Numbered from the stretch's first letter, positions 36,376 through 48,950 are shown. The stretch is 64,000 nucleotides of DNA from Torpedo marmorata (GCA_977017645.1 OZ360233.1:18352001-18416000); one strand, 5' to 3'. The notes: generated from the sequence alone by a model not told the origin. A program made the numbers and translations.

Positions 36376-36823
36376 CACCTCGAGACATTGAATCGGACCC
36401 TATGGCTAGGGGGCGCTCTCGGCCACGCAATGGATGCGAATACACGACCTTCCTGGAGAGTCTGCTGCAACGCCGAGATGCAGGAGATTTCCCCTCCTCT
36501 GAGCGTTTCTCTTTCTCTGCGTCCTCTGTGTCTGATGCCGTAATTTGATGTAGAAGGTAGGAAGTCACGGAGAGAGGAAGAAAACGGATAGCTGTTTGCC
36601 AGAATGAAAATGAAGGAGTGTTTGTTAGATGGAAATTGAGAGGTTAAAAAAGCGGTAAACCGCGCGGGTGGGTGTGACCGGTAGGTGATCCTTCGGCCTC
36701 TCCTTCCCAAAATCAACAACAAGCTCCTTGGTCTTGGTGAAAATAAGAACAAAATTATTGTTCTCCAACCACCAAACCAGGTTCACCATCTCCATTCTGC
36801 ATTCTGACTCATCTTTTCCAATT

Positions 36824-38305
36824 ATTATCGAGCGGCACAAATGCGATTTGTTGCATATTTTTTTGAAACTGAAGTGGGTTGGAATAGAACTAGGAGAAAT
36901 AGGAGAAAAGAAACCACAAGAATGCATATACAAATGGAATTCAAAACTGCTGACAGGGGTTAAAGAAACGCCGTTATTAAATCATTTGATTAATGCTTGG
37001 AATAAAGTTAATGATGACATAGGGTTGAAAGGAAGTATATCACCCAAAATGCCTTTGATACAGAATAATCTGATACCATTTACAAAAGATAATCAAATTT
37101 TAAATACTTGGTCATTAAAAGGAATAAAGAAGATAGAAGATTGTTATGAAGGAAATCAAATGATGTCATTTATACAATTACGGAATAAATATGGAATACC
37201 TAATAATACACTTTTTTGTTATTTTCAATTAAGAGGTTATTTAAGAGAAAACGTAGGTCCAGACTTGTTGTTACATGATTGTAGTGAGGTAGAAACTCTT
37301 ATTAGGAAAGGAAATACTAAGAAATTTACTTCTATAGTGTATTCTTTGCTACAAAGGGGAGCTTTAAAACGAGGACTTCATAAATCTAGACAAAGATGGG
37401 AACAAGATCTTAATGTTATAATTGATGAAAAAAGGTGGTCGGATTTATGTTTAGATAGTATGACTAATACTGTTAATGTAAGATATAGATTGGTACAATA
37501 TAACATTTTACATCAATTATATCTTACACCACAAAAATTGAACAAGATAAAGTCTACGATATCAAATGGATGCTTTAGATGTGGTGAAGAAGAGGGAACT
37601 TTTTTACATTCAACGTGGTCATGTTCAAAAGTTAAAGGTTTTTGGATAGAGTTAGGAAATCGGTTAAAACAAATTACAGGTGTTACATTTCCACAGAATC
37701 CTGACTTATTTTTATTGGGAAACGTGGAAGGAACTCGACCAAAATTGAAGTTATCTACATGGCAATTGAAATTTGTTAAAATTGCATTAGCAGTAGCAAG
37801 GAAATGTATAGCAGTAACTTGGAAATCGGATACAAATTTAAGTATGGATAGATGGAATTCAGAGATGCAGAGTTGTATTCCATTGGAAAGAATAACATAT
37901 AATATGAGGAATAAATATGGGGTATTTTTGCAAATTTGGCGTCCATTTATCCAATTATTAGGAATGAATATTTAAATGTGTTGCCCTACATCCTAGACCT
38001 TACTGACTCTCTGAAATTTAAATTTAAAGAACGAACATTGTTGAATATCTTGCACCGAGCCGTGGACCCGTACAGATATTTTTCTTCCTCTATCTTTCTT
38101 TTCTTATTTTTAGTAAGGGGAGGGAATAAGGGATGGGAAGGGTGGAGGGTGGGTTGTTTTAGTGAGGGTGGGTTTAGATGGGGTTAGAATCACGGTAATA
38201 CGAATTTTGTATGTATTGAATTTATTAATGTTTATTATGTACCTTGTACTATTCTGTATTATTGTGAAAAATTTGAAAATTTAAAATAAAATATAAAAAA
38301 AAAAC
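36824..38305 (+). mobile_element. L1-clade LINE 3' fragment
   Basis: ORF2 C-terminal region with CFRC...H..WSC zinc knuckle, ending QIWRPFIQLL; 3' UTR; AATAAA and poly-A. Confidence 0.88.
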
Positions 38306-38906
38306 GAAAAAACAAGCTCCTTGGTCTTGATGACACTAAGAACAAAATTGTTGTTCTCGAACGACCCAACCAGGTGCTCTATATCCATTTTGCAATCTGA
38401 CTCATCTTTTCCAGTTATTTGGCCAAGACTGGTGGTGTCTTCAGCTAATTTGAAGATTGAGTTGGGGCTGAACTTGGCTGAACGGTCAATTGGTGCACAT
38501 GGCAGAGATTGAAGGGAGGGGAGCGATAGGCACTGCTCTCGTAAGATTAAATAATTGTAAGACGGAGTCGCGTAGAGGTAGGAAGCTTAACAGAACGCGA
38601 GAAGGGGCGTGAGGGTGCAGGAAAACGAGTGAAGGTGATGGAAAGGGCGGAACGAGAGAAAAGAAGAGAGAGACGTGGGGAGTGTAAATATAGGTGGAGA
38701 AACACGTCCGAAAAAGACGGAGAATGAGAAACGGCCAACATTAACAACCAGTTTTCATTGGTTCTTCAACGGCGCTCTCTTGAGCCCATGTGCGAGGAGG
38801 GCGCCTTCCTGTGTATCCTAGAGGACGGGCTGCTACTAACGAGACCCCACTGTCTTATATCGGGGCAGAATATGGAAATATTCGGCTGTTCACCTTCATT
38901 CTGGGT

Positions 38907-39053
38907 TCCTCACCATCCAGTAGTTTGCTGATTCTTTGGGCCGTTCTGCTTGGCGAGTCTTTGTCTGATTGGTCAGCGCGTGTCCCTCCCGGCTCAGCGC
39001 AATTCCTCACATATCACACTGTTTCTGGGATATTGCGGAGACGCACAAAAGTT
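38907..39053 (+). pseudogene. V-less relic with RSS, duplicate
   Basis: RSS CACACTG-23-ACAAAAGTT at 39015-39053 without V exon. Confidence 0.88.
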
Positions 39054-39473
39054 CATTTTGAGATGGGAAGTGGTTTGAGAGAAAACGGCAGAAAAAAGAC
39101 GGGAGAGCGTGTTAAGTATTGCGAAAAGTTAAGCAGGTGAAAACGTGAGACAGAGTGAGGTAGATAAATAGAACGAAAGAAGGGGAGTGAGAGTGGATTC
39201 TCTGAAAGGGAGGGAGGAGATACACAGCTGGAAGGAGAAAGATGCGGGGAATGTACAGATAGAGGGTGCAATATGCGTGAAGGACGGGGAATGATATGCA
39301 GACTGTCTTATCAACTCGTTCTGATTGGTTCACGAATGGCCACACGAACCAATCCTGTGTGAGGGAAACACTCACATATCTGTCCTTGCCGTTGGTTCGC
39401 TCATAATATCGCCCCACCCCTTGTATAGCGGTAACACAAAGTAATATTCGATTTTGACCTTAAACCGCGTACC

Positions 39474-40284
39474 ATGTCCTCCCTGAGTTGTTTGCTGATT
39501 CTGTGGGCCGTTCTGACTGGTGAGTCTGTCTGATTGGTCAGCGACGTCTGTCCATCGTCCTTGCTCTACGAGTCTCCCTCTTTAACTTAATAAAAAAGGT
39601 AGACGATTCCCCCGAGTCATACCCTCTCGGTCGCACGTTCTCCCACCGTTTACTCATTTACACACTCTCTGTTTAATGAACTTCCTCACGGTCGCTCTGT
39701 CGATCTATCTCTCTCTCTCTCTCGCTCCTCGCCGTTCTCGTGAGAGGGAAACGGCCCGTGTCTCCAACAAAGTGACTGCTGCTGCCGACGTGAATTTGCG
39801 CTCTTCTATCGGGCGAACATTTGTAAAATATCCTTCCTTCGAATTTAATCCACGCATCATGTTCCTCCTTAGTTGTTAGCTGATTCTATGGGCCGTTCTG
39901 CCTTGTGAGACTGATTGATCAACACGTGTCCCGCGGGGTCAGTGCCGTTTCGCGCCGTTCACACATTCTGTCTTTTGTTCCAGGGGCCAGTGGGAACGAT
40001 TCAGTGACCCAAGAACCCCCGGAATTGATTGTCAATGAAGGGCAGATCGTATCACTGAGCTGCAGTTACTCGATGAATCCCGCTGCATATTTTTGGTACA
40101 TTCAACGTCCTGGAGAATCTCCCAAATATTTGCTGAAAATCTATGCGTCAGGAGATGTGGTTCCGTCGCCCGATTGTCCGGTGAGGATATCGGGTTCATT
40201 GGAGAAAAAGAGCCAGACATTCCACCTCAATAACTCGAAAACACTTGTGGAGGATTCTGCCGTGTATCTCTGCGCCGTGGAGCT
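39474..40284 (+). CDS. TRAV: TCR alpha/delta V segment, family 1a; V exon 39984-40284 open; usable only via distal leader 39474-39519
   Basis: Proximal leader 39859-39904 has TAG (39877-39879) and weakened donor T|GTGAGA; distal leader intact. Confidence 0.75.
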
Positions 40285-40323
40285 CACACTGTTCCAGGGC
40301 GGTGGCAGATCCGCACAAAATCT
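40285..40323 (+). other. 23-bp-spacer RSS
   Basis: CACACTG-23-ACAAAATCT. Confidence 0.88.
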
Positions 40324-40769
40324 CACCTCGAGACATTGAATCGGACCCTATGGCTAGGGGGCGCTCTCGGCCACGCAATGGATGCGAATACACGACCTTC
40401 CTGGAGAGTCTGCTGCAACGCCGAGATGCAGGAGATTTCCCCTCCTCTGAGCGTTTCTCTTTCTCTGCGTCCTCTGTGTCTGATGCCGTAATTTGAGGAA
40501 GAAGGTAGGAAGTCACGGAGAGAGGAAGAAACGGATAGCTGTTTGCCAGAATGAAAATGAAGGAGTGTTTGTTAGATGGAAATTGAGAGGTTAGAAAAGC
40601 GGTAAACCGCGCGGGAGGGTGTGACCGGTAGGTGATCCTTCAGCCTCTCCTTTCCAAAATCAACAACAAGCTCCTTGGTCTTGGTGAAAATAAGAACAAA
40701 ATTATTGTTCTCCAACCACCAAACCAGGTTCACCATCTCCATTCTGCATTCTGACTAATCTTTTCCAGT

Positions 40770-42245
40770 TATTATCGAGCGGCACAAATGCGATTTGTTG
40801 CATCTTTTTTTGAAACTGAAGTGGGTTGGAATAGAAATAGGAGAAAAGAAACCACAAGAAATTATATACAAATGGAATTCAAAACTGCTGACAGGGGTTA
40901 AAGAAACGCCGTTATTAAATCATTTGATTAATGCTTGGAATAAAGTTGATGATGACATAGGGTTGAAAGGAAATCTCTCACCCAAAATGCCTTTGATACA
41001 GAATAATCTTATACCATTTACAAAAGATAATCAAATTTTAAATACTTGGTCATTAAAAGGAATAAAGAAGATAGAAGATTGTTATGAAGGAAATCAAATG
41101 ATGTCATTTATACAATTACGGAATAAATATGGAATACCTAATAATACACTTTTTTGTTATTTTCAATTAAGAGGTTATTTAAGAGAAAACGTAGGTCCAG
41201 ACTTGTTGTTACATGATTGTAGTGAGGTAGAAACTCTTATTAGGAAAGGAAATACTAAGAAATTTACTTCTATAGTGTATTCTTTGCTACAAAGGGGAGC
41301 TTTAAAACGAGGACTTCATAAATCTAGACAAAGATGGGAACAAGATCTTAATGTTATAATTGATGAAAAAAGGTGGTCGGACATATGTTTAGATAGTATG
41401 ACTAATACTGTTAATGTAAGATATAGATTGGTACAATATAACATTTTACATCAATTATATCTTACACCACAAAGATTGAACAAGATACAGTCTACGATAT
41501 CAAATAGATGCTTTAGATGTGGTGAAGAAGAGGGAACTTTTTTACATTCAACGTGGTCATGTTCAAAAGTTAAAGGTTTTTGGATAGAGTTAGGAAATCG
41601 GTTAAAACAAATTACTGGTGTTACATTTCCACAGAATCCTGACTTATTTTTATTGGGAAACGTGGAAGGAACTAGACCAAAATTGAAGTTATCTAGATGG
41701 CAATTGAAATTTGTAAAAATTACATTAGCAGTAGCAAGGAAATGTATAGCAGTAACTTGGAAATCGGATACAAATTTAAGTATGGATAGATGGAATTCAG
41801 AGATGCAGAGTTGTATTCCATTGGAACGAATAACATATAATATGAGGAATAAATATGGGGTATTTTTGCAAATTTGGCGTCCATTTATCCAATTATTAGG
41901 AATGAATATTTAAATGTGTTGCCCTACCACCTAGACCATACTGACTCTCTTAAACTTAAATTTAAAGAACGAACATTGTTGAATATCTTGCACCGAGCCG
42001 TGGACCCGTACAGATATTTTTCTTCCTCTATCTTTCTTTTCTTATTTTTAGTAAGGGGAGGGAATAAGGGATGGGAAGGGTGGAGGGTGGGTTGTTTTAG
42101 TGAGGGTCGGTTTAGATGGGGTTAGAAACACGGTAATACGAATTTTGTATGTATTGAATTTATTAATGTTTATTATGTACCTTGTACTATTCTGTATTAT
42201 TGTGAAAAATTTGAAAATTTAAAATAAAATATAAAAAAAAAACCA
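40770..42245 (+). mobile_element. L1-clade LINE 3' fragment, duplicate
   Basis: Near-identical to 36824-38305 (ORF 40795-41913). Confidence 0.88.
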
Positions 42246-43669
42246 AAAAACAAGCTCCTTGGTCTTGATGACAATAAGAACAAAATTGTTGTTCTCGAAC
42301 GACCCAACCAGGTGCTCTATATCCATTTTGCAATCTGACCCATCTTTTCCAGTTATTTGGCCAAGACTGGTGGTGTCTTCAGCTAATTTGAAGATTGAGT
42401 TGGGGCTGAACTTGGCTGACTAGTCATTGGTGCACATGGCAGAGATTAAAGCGATGGAGAGATTGGCACTGCTCTCGAAAGATTAAATAATTGTAAGACG
42501 TAGTCGCGTCGAGGTAGGAAGTGCAACAGAATGCGAGAAGGGGCGAGTGGGTGCCGGAAAACAAGTGAATGTGATGGAAAGTGTGGAGCAAGAGTGAAGA
42601 AGAGAGAGACGTGGGACTTTGTTAGGACTCCCTAAAGTTCTTGCATTTCGGAATACCACGAGATACGGCGAACCTATGTTTGGAGTTAACTCCAGATAAA
42701 GTGTTAAACAAAGTGTACTAACAAGACAAGATTGAGCAAGAGGATATTGCAATGTATCGGGATAGGACCACTAACGGATAATCGTGATGAAAAATGGCGT
42801 TTATGGATGGGGACTGAATAACTAGTGGGATTCAATGTGTGTGAAGTTGCAGGGAATTACGAGGAAGGAGCGTGAGAAAGGTGTCTAAAACAGGCAAGGA
42901 GAGAGTGAGAGAGAGAGAGAGAGAGAAAGAGAGTGAGAGAGAGAGAGTGAGAGAGAAAGAGAGTGTGAGAGAGATAGAGAGTAAGAGAGAAATGGAAATT
43001 AAGAGAATCTCGTGTAAAGAGGCAGAAAGAGAGAGAACGAGAAAGGAGATATGGGTACAAATGCCAAGGGTAAGGTGGCCATGATAGAGAGCGAAAGATG
43101 TTAGGAGGAATAAGCTCAGATTGAGTGCGATGTGGAAGCAGAGAGACAGTAAGTGCGGAGCTGAGAGCGAGGACGTGAGAGAAGCAGAGGGATATAAAGA
43201 AAGAGTAATGGAGGAAGAGAAAAACAGATAGAGCGGAGAGAAATGGAGCTCTTTTATCGGTACTAGCCCTGCACTGATGCAACAGATCGACTGGCCGACA
43301 CGTCTGAAGCGATGACAAGGTTGCACTGAAAGTGACTGTACAAGTCCGGACAGTCGTTCCCGAGAGGACGTTTTCACCCCGCAATGTGGGACGGCCCCAC
43401 AGCGTCCACAGAGCGAGAGAGGGTGAGAGAGTGAGAGTGAGTGTTTGTGTGTGCGAGAGAGATAGAGAGCAGAGAGCGCGAGAGAGAGACAGAGAGAGAG
43501 TGACAGAGAGGGCGAGAGAGAGAGTTACGGAGAGCGGAGAGAGAGAGGGAGATAGAGGGTGAAGAGGAAAAGTAATATAAGAGGTTGATTGACGGGGATA
43601 GAGAAGTGGAGTCACAGAAAAAATAAATAAACTGCACTTAAATCAGGCAATCATATGAATTGAAACAGC

Positions 43670-43870
43670 GCAGATACTGATTGGTGTCTATCAGCTCAGC
43701 CCTGTTCACCAGTCAGTCCTGCAGGTGGACCACGCCCACAGTGTGACCGCTGATATGACTTTATTCTCCAATATCGGTGAATTGGCGTTAAGGTTGCAAA
43801 GCAAACTGCCATTTGATCGCGCCTGACGCCTGTTCGATGCGGTCGTGTGTTACTTCCTGATAATATTGAG
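43670..43870 (+). pseudogene. Family-2 promoter and truncated leader relic (V exon absent)
   Basis: ATTGG, CCACGCCC, CCAATATCGG, TGACGCC then ATG at 43837 with leader-like sequence cut after TAATATTGA. Confidence 0.7.
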
Positions 43871-44185
43871 GAGAGGGGGAGTGAGTAGTTCGCAAGGTTC
43901 AGAGAGAATGACAGAGGAGACAGAAAGAGAGGGAAAGGGGGAGAGAACAGAGAGAGGGAGAGAGATAAGAAATATGAAGTGTGAAAAACAGAGAAGGAAA
44001 ACATTGTGAATGGCGACCCACGTGTCTCAGCTCTGTTTCACAAGCAAATCTCGCAGCAGGATGCCACCCATGTTATTGCACAAAGTGAAGACTGTCCGCT
44101 GATCATAATTTACTGTACAATATAGGTGGAGGTATGAAACCTTTGAAAATAACCCGTCTCTTTCTCGCGCCTGATGCCACACAGC

Positions 44186-44626
44186 ATGCGTGTCCCGGGT
44201 CCCTAGATTGACCGTGTTGCCTGCCGAATCTCTGCGGCATTGTGTAGAATGGGTCCCGCGGGATACGTGGAAGCCCAAGATGTTCACCCACTCCGTTCTT
44301 TATTGCTAGAACGAGTGTGAGAATATCAGTCACCCATGACCGAGTAAGAACAGAACGTAGTCATGAACTGTACTTACTCGATAGCTGGTGAACATATTTT
44401 TGCTACATTCACCATCGGAGGCTGGAGTTGGGATGTTTCCAACTACGTGCTGAAGGTATTCAGCGAAGGAAAGATGGAACGGCTCCCAGTATGTCCGGAG
44501 AGGTTTACCGCTGTTTTGCAGAAAGACAGTACATATCAATATTTCCGAGGTGCTGGTATCGCACTCCGTCGTGTACCTCGATGCCATGAAGCCCACACTG
44601 TTGCAGGGTGATGGCGAACAAAATCC
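44186..44626 (+). pseudogene. TCR V pseudogene (family 3)
   Basis: Degenerate leader, MNCTYS...CPERFTA..., second Cys lost; RSS CACACTG-17-ACAAAATCC. Confidence 0.8.
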
Positions 44627-46046
44627 AACCATGTATGTTGCAAAGAGCGTGCACTGAAGCACGCGGACGCACGAACGCCAAAGGGACAGCAAGAAACACA
44701 TGAGAGTCACCTTTTCCCCATTAAAAGGGCGATAATCGGCAGCAAATATCGCCCAATCTTCAGGTATTGATCCTGAATTCACCTCATACCTCCAGGCAAA
44801 AGTCGAGACATCATATAGGATTTATATAATGAGGGCGACAGAGGGCGCGCTTTGCCGGGGAAGAGTCGCACGCGAAATTCAGAAAAATAGTTCGGCCAAG
44901 ATTGAGAAATTGTCCCTGAATGCAAGTTAATACGACTAAGAACATTATGCAGGATTTCCAGAACACCTCAATGTCTCATACTCCGTTGTCTGCAACAGGA
45001 CATGGCGCGTGAAAACATTGCTCGAAACACACCTTTCACCACTTTGTTACAGTTCCCTGAAGTTCTTGCATTGAGGAGATACTGCGAATATACATTTCGA
45101 GAAAGCAGCAGATAAGGTGTTACACCAAAGGTTACTACACGAGACAATATTCAGTAAGAGAGTATTGCCATATATAGGGGATAGGACTACTGACAGACAA
45201 CTGTGATGAAAAGGGGCGTTTGTGGATGGACACTGAATACCTCGTGGAATTCACCGTGGGCTTCATAGAGTGCTTCCTCACGATGATGGTCCCGATAAAC
45301 GGAACTCGTGGAATGACTTCGAAAAGGCGCATGGCGCATGACAGATGGGTGAGAAAGTAGTGAGATGAGCGAGGGGAAAGGGGAAATGAAGAGATAGGTT
45401 ATACAGCGAATTGTGGATATGCGGTGAATGAGCGTGAGAATGAAGATAAAACTGGCAAGTAGAAAGAGAGAAAGACAGAGAGAGAGATAGTGAGTGAGAG
45501 AGTGAGAGAAGTAACGGAGAAATGGAGTTAAAGAGAATACGGTGGAAAGAGGCAGAAAAGGGAGAAAGAGAAAGGGTATATGAGTACGAATAACTGGGGG
45601 AATGTGGCCAGGATAGAGAGGAAGAGATGGTCAGAAGAATAAGGTCAGAATGATTGCGAGATGGTCGCAATTACGCAGGAAGCAGAGAGACAATGCGGGC
45701 GAAGCTGAGAGCGAGGAACGTGAGTCAAACAGAGGGAAGTAAAGAAAGAATAATGGAGGAAGAGAAAGACAGATCGAGCAGAGAGAAATGGAGAGGGAGG
45801 CAGTAATAAAGCTCACCCTGAAAGTTTTGACGATTCACACGAGGGAGCGTTCTCGCCTCGATGCTCTTGCGTCGGTTCCTGCCCTGGACATCGATGCAAC
45901 AGATCGAAGGATTGACAGGTCTGAAGCCATGACAAGGTTGCACTAAAGTTGACTCGACAAGTCCAGACAGTCTCTCACGAGAGGTCGTTAACACCCCGAA
46001 GATCGTGGGACGATACTCCAGTGTCCATAAAGCGTGAGAGTGCCTA

Positions 46047-46095
<49 letters not shown>

Positions 46096-46415
46096 TAGAG
46101 AAAGAAAGTGAGAGAGAGAGAGAGGGAAGGAGAGGAAGAGAAAAAGGAAGATGGGAGGTGAATGACAGTGAGATAGAGAAGATGAATCATGGATAAAAAT
46201 AAATAAACTGCACGTAAAACAAATAATGAGATGAAATGAAACAGCGCAGATACTGATTGGTGCCTTTATCAGCTCAGCTCTGTTTATCAGTCAGCCCTGC
46301 ATGTGGGTCACGCCCCCTGTCTGACCGCTGATATGACTTTACTCTCCAATGTCGGTGAAGTGGCAGTACGTTGGTAAAAGTAAATTGCATTTTGATCGCG
46401 CCTGACGCCTGTACG

Positions 46416-46847
46416 ATGTGGTCCGTGTGTTGCTTCCTGATGATATTGATCACGTTGACCGGTGAGTTTCTGTCTGAGTGTTCACCGAGTTTCCCATAAG
46501 TTGAACACGCTCGTGGATTGTTCATTCATTGTGTCATTTGTTGCAGGGACGAGTGGGAAAGATTCAGTGACCCAGCACCCGCCTGGAATAACGGCTGAGG
46601 AAGGACAAACGATAGTAATGAAATGTGCATACACGACAGCAAATAGTTACATTTTTTGGTACATACAACATCCCGGGGAATATCCAAAATACCTGCTGAA
46701 GATATATAGCGCAGGAAACATGATACGGTCTCCAGAATGTGAGGAGAGGTTTACTTCTGCTTTGGAAAAAGTCAAAAAGATGGCTCATCTAAATATTTCC
46801 GGGACGCTTGTATCGGACTCCGCCGTGTATCTCTGCGCCATGGAGCC
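46416..46847 (+). CDS. TRAV: TCR alpha/delta V segment, family 2 (leader 46416-46461, V exon 46547-46847), open
   Basis: MWSVCCFLMILITLTG; DSVTQHPP...MKC...IFWYIQ...DSAVYLCAME. Confidence 0.88.
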
Positions 46848-46886
46848 CACACTGTTGCAAGGAGATGGCAGATCCGAACCAATACT
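46848..46886 (+). other. 23-bp-spacer RSS, weak nonamer
   Basis: CACACTG-23-ACCAATACT. Confidence 0.78.
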
Positions 46887-46899
46887 CAGGCTGTGTTCT

Positions 46900-46999
46900 A
46901 CCTTTGCTACATAAAAGACACTGTTTGACCTGCTGAGTTCTCCAGCATTTGTGTTTTTTACTACATTATTACGGTGTCTACAGATTTTCGTGTTTACTT
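46900..46999 (+). mobile_element. 100-bp Penelope-like terminal fragment with 9-bp TSD
   Basis: CTGTGTTCT at 46891-46899 and 47000-47008; GACCTGCTGAGTTCTCCAGCATTT resembles the reverse complement of the element end at ~10685-10715; absent from five paralogs. Confidence 0.75.
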
Positions 47000-48950
47000 C
47001 TGTGTTCTGTAAAGTTCATTCAATAGAGGGCGCTCCGAATAGGGAAACAGGTGCTGATGAATTGGATTCCCGCGAGCGGCACGTGGTGCCTTTCAGAGGA
47101 CGACACTCAGCGAAAAAAGTCACCAGAACATTAGCAATTCGTCTTTGATACAATTCGTACGCATAAGCACAAAGAAGCAATTAAGATCGCATTAACGGGG
47201 CATCTTAGTGTTTATTATTACCGTTTATCTACAACAAGATACAACAGTTGACAACCTTTGTCGAAATCGTATTTAAAATACTTTGATCAAGTTCGCCGGA
47301 ACAGTTACAGCGAGGATAGAGGGAAACATGGAGATTGAGTGACTTTCTTCATTCCCGAAAGATCGTATAAGGTGTCACGCGAAAGGCTACTGCACAGAAT
47401 ATACACCAGTTAGAGCCTTCTGAGTGGATGAAGGAATCGACGCTTTAAAGGAAAACAATATAGTGGAGCCAAAAGGGCGATTTTCAGATGCACAATTAAT
47501 TACTGGTAGAGATCTACAGGTTTCAATCTGTTGTCTCATCGTGTGATTATCCACGTTGATTATCTCGAGGAAATGGCCATGCGCGATATAAAATTGGTGA
47601 TTGATACAGTGACACGTGGGTTAACAAGGAGTAAGTAAGAAGAGTAATGGAGAGGGGGGAGTGAGTAGTTCTCAGTGTTCAGAAGTATGACGAAGAAGAG
47701 AGAGAGAAAGAGAGAAAGTGAGAGAGAGAGAAAGAGAGAGAGAGAGAGGAAGAGAGAGAGAGTGTGAGAGAGAGAGGAAAATATGGTAGAGATCAGAGAG
47801 AGGGAGATATATAAGAAATATGAAGAGAGTGAAAAGACAGAGAAAAGACATTGTGAATGGCGACGCACTTGGCTCAGCTCTGTTTCACAAGAAAATCTTG
47901 AGGAGAGAGAGGGAGAAAGGGCAAGGCGAGAGAGAGGTGGCGATGCAGGGAATGGCGAGGAAGGAGCGTTAAGAAGATGTCAAAAACAGGTAAGCAGAGA
48001 GATGGCGAGAAATATAGAGGGAAAGAAAGAGAGAGTGAAAGAGAGAGAGAGTGAGTGAGAGAGAGAGAGAAAGAAGGATGAGAGAAATGGAGATAGAGAT
48101 TGTGGTGGAGGGAGAAATAAAAAGGGGCTCTGGTACAAATGACCGGGAAAAGGTGACCAGGATAGAGGAGATGATGGTCAGAAAAACGTCAGAATGATTG
48201 CGACATGGTCGCAATTACGCAGGAGGTAGAGAGACAGTAAGGGCGGCGCTGTGAGCAAGGACAAGAGAGAAGCAGCGGGAAATATAGAAAGAATAACGGA
48301 GGAAGAGAAAGACAGATAGAGAAAACAAATGGAGAGTGAGGCAGCATTGAAGCTCACCCTGAGAGGTTTGACGATGCTGACTAGAGGGCGTTCTCAGCCC
48401 GGAACTCTGGTGTCCGTACATGCCCTGGATATCGATGCAACAGATCGAATAATCGACAGGTGTGAAGCCATGACAAGATTGCCCAAACGTTGACTCCACC
48501 AGAATGGACAGATTCTCACGAGAGGGCGTTTTCATGCTGCAGAACATGTGACGGATCTTCNNNNNNNNNNNNNNNNNNNNNNNNNNNNNNNNNNNNNNNN
48601 NNNNNNNNNNNNNNNNNNNNNNNNNNNNNNNNNNNNNNNNNNNNNNNNNNNNNNNNNNNNNNNNNNNNNNNNNNNNNNNNNNNNNNNNNNNNNNTAGAGT
48701 GATAGAGCAGTGGAGTCAGAGAGGGAGAGAAATACTGTATATAAACTGAATGTAATACAGGCAATGAGATTAATTGAAACAGCACAGATACTGATTGGTG
48801 CGTTTAACTGCTCATCTCTGTTTACGTCAGCCCAGCAGGAGGGCCACGCCCCCTGACTGACTGCTGATATAACCTTACTCTCCAATATCGGTGAAGAAGC
48901 GTTAAGGTCGTCAAGTATACTGCCGTTTGATCGCCCCTGACGCCAGTATC

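Larger units (their letters stand above)
20931..36826 (+). repeat. Second copy of ~20.9-kb segmental duplication (paralogous to 1-~20350, lacking the 4.15-kb L1)
   Basis: Position 1 sequence recurs at 20931; same order of V genes, CR1, L1 fragment and Penelope with scattered substitutions. Confidence 0.92.
38505..42616 (+). repeat. ~3.95-kb tandem duplicate of 34561-38504
   Basis: V-less relic, dual-leader V and L1 fragment repeated at offset ~3944-3948. Confidence 0.9.

Noticed and set aside
45817-46044. Possible MHC class I alpha-1 exon remnant (HS..RFMDTGVS resemblance)
   Set aside because: Similarity limited to a few residues needing a frameshift; length and the rest of the sequence do not fit.
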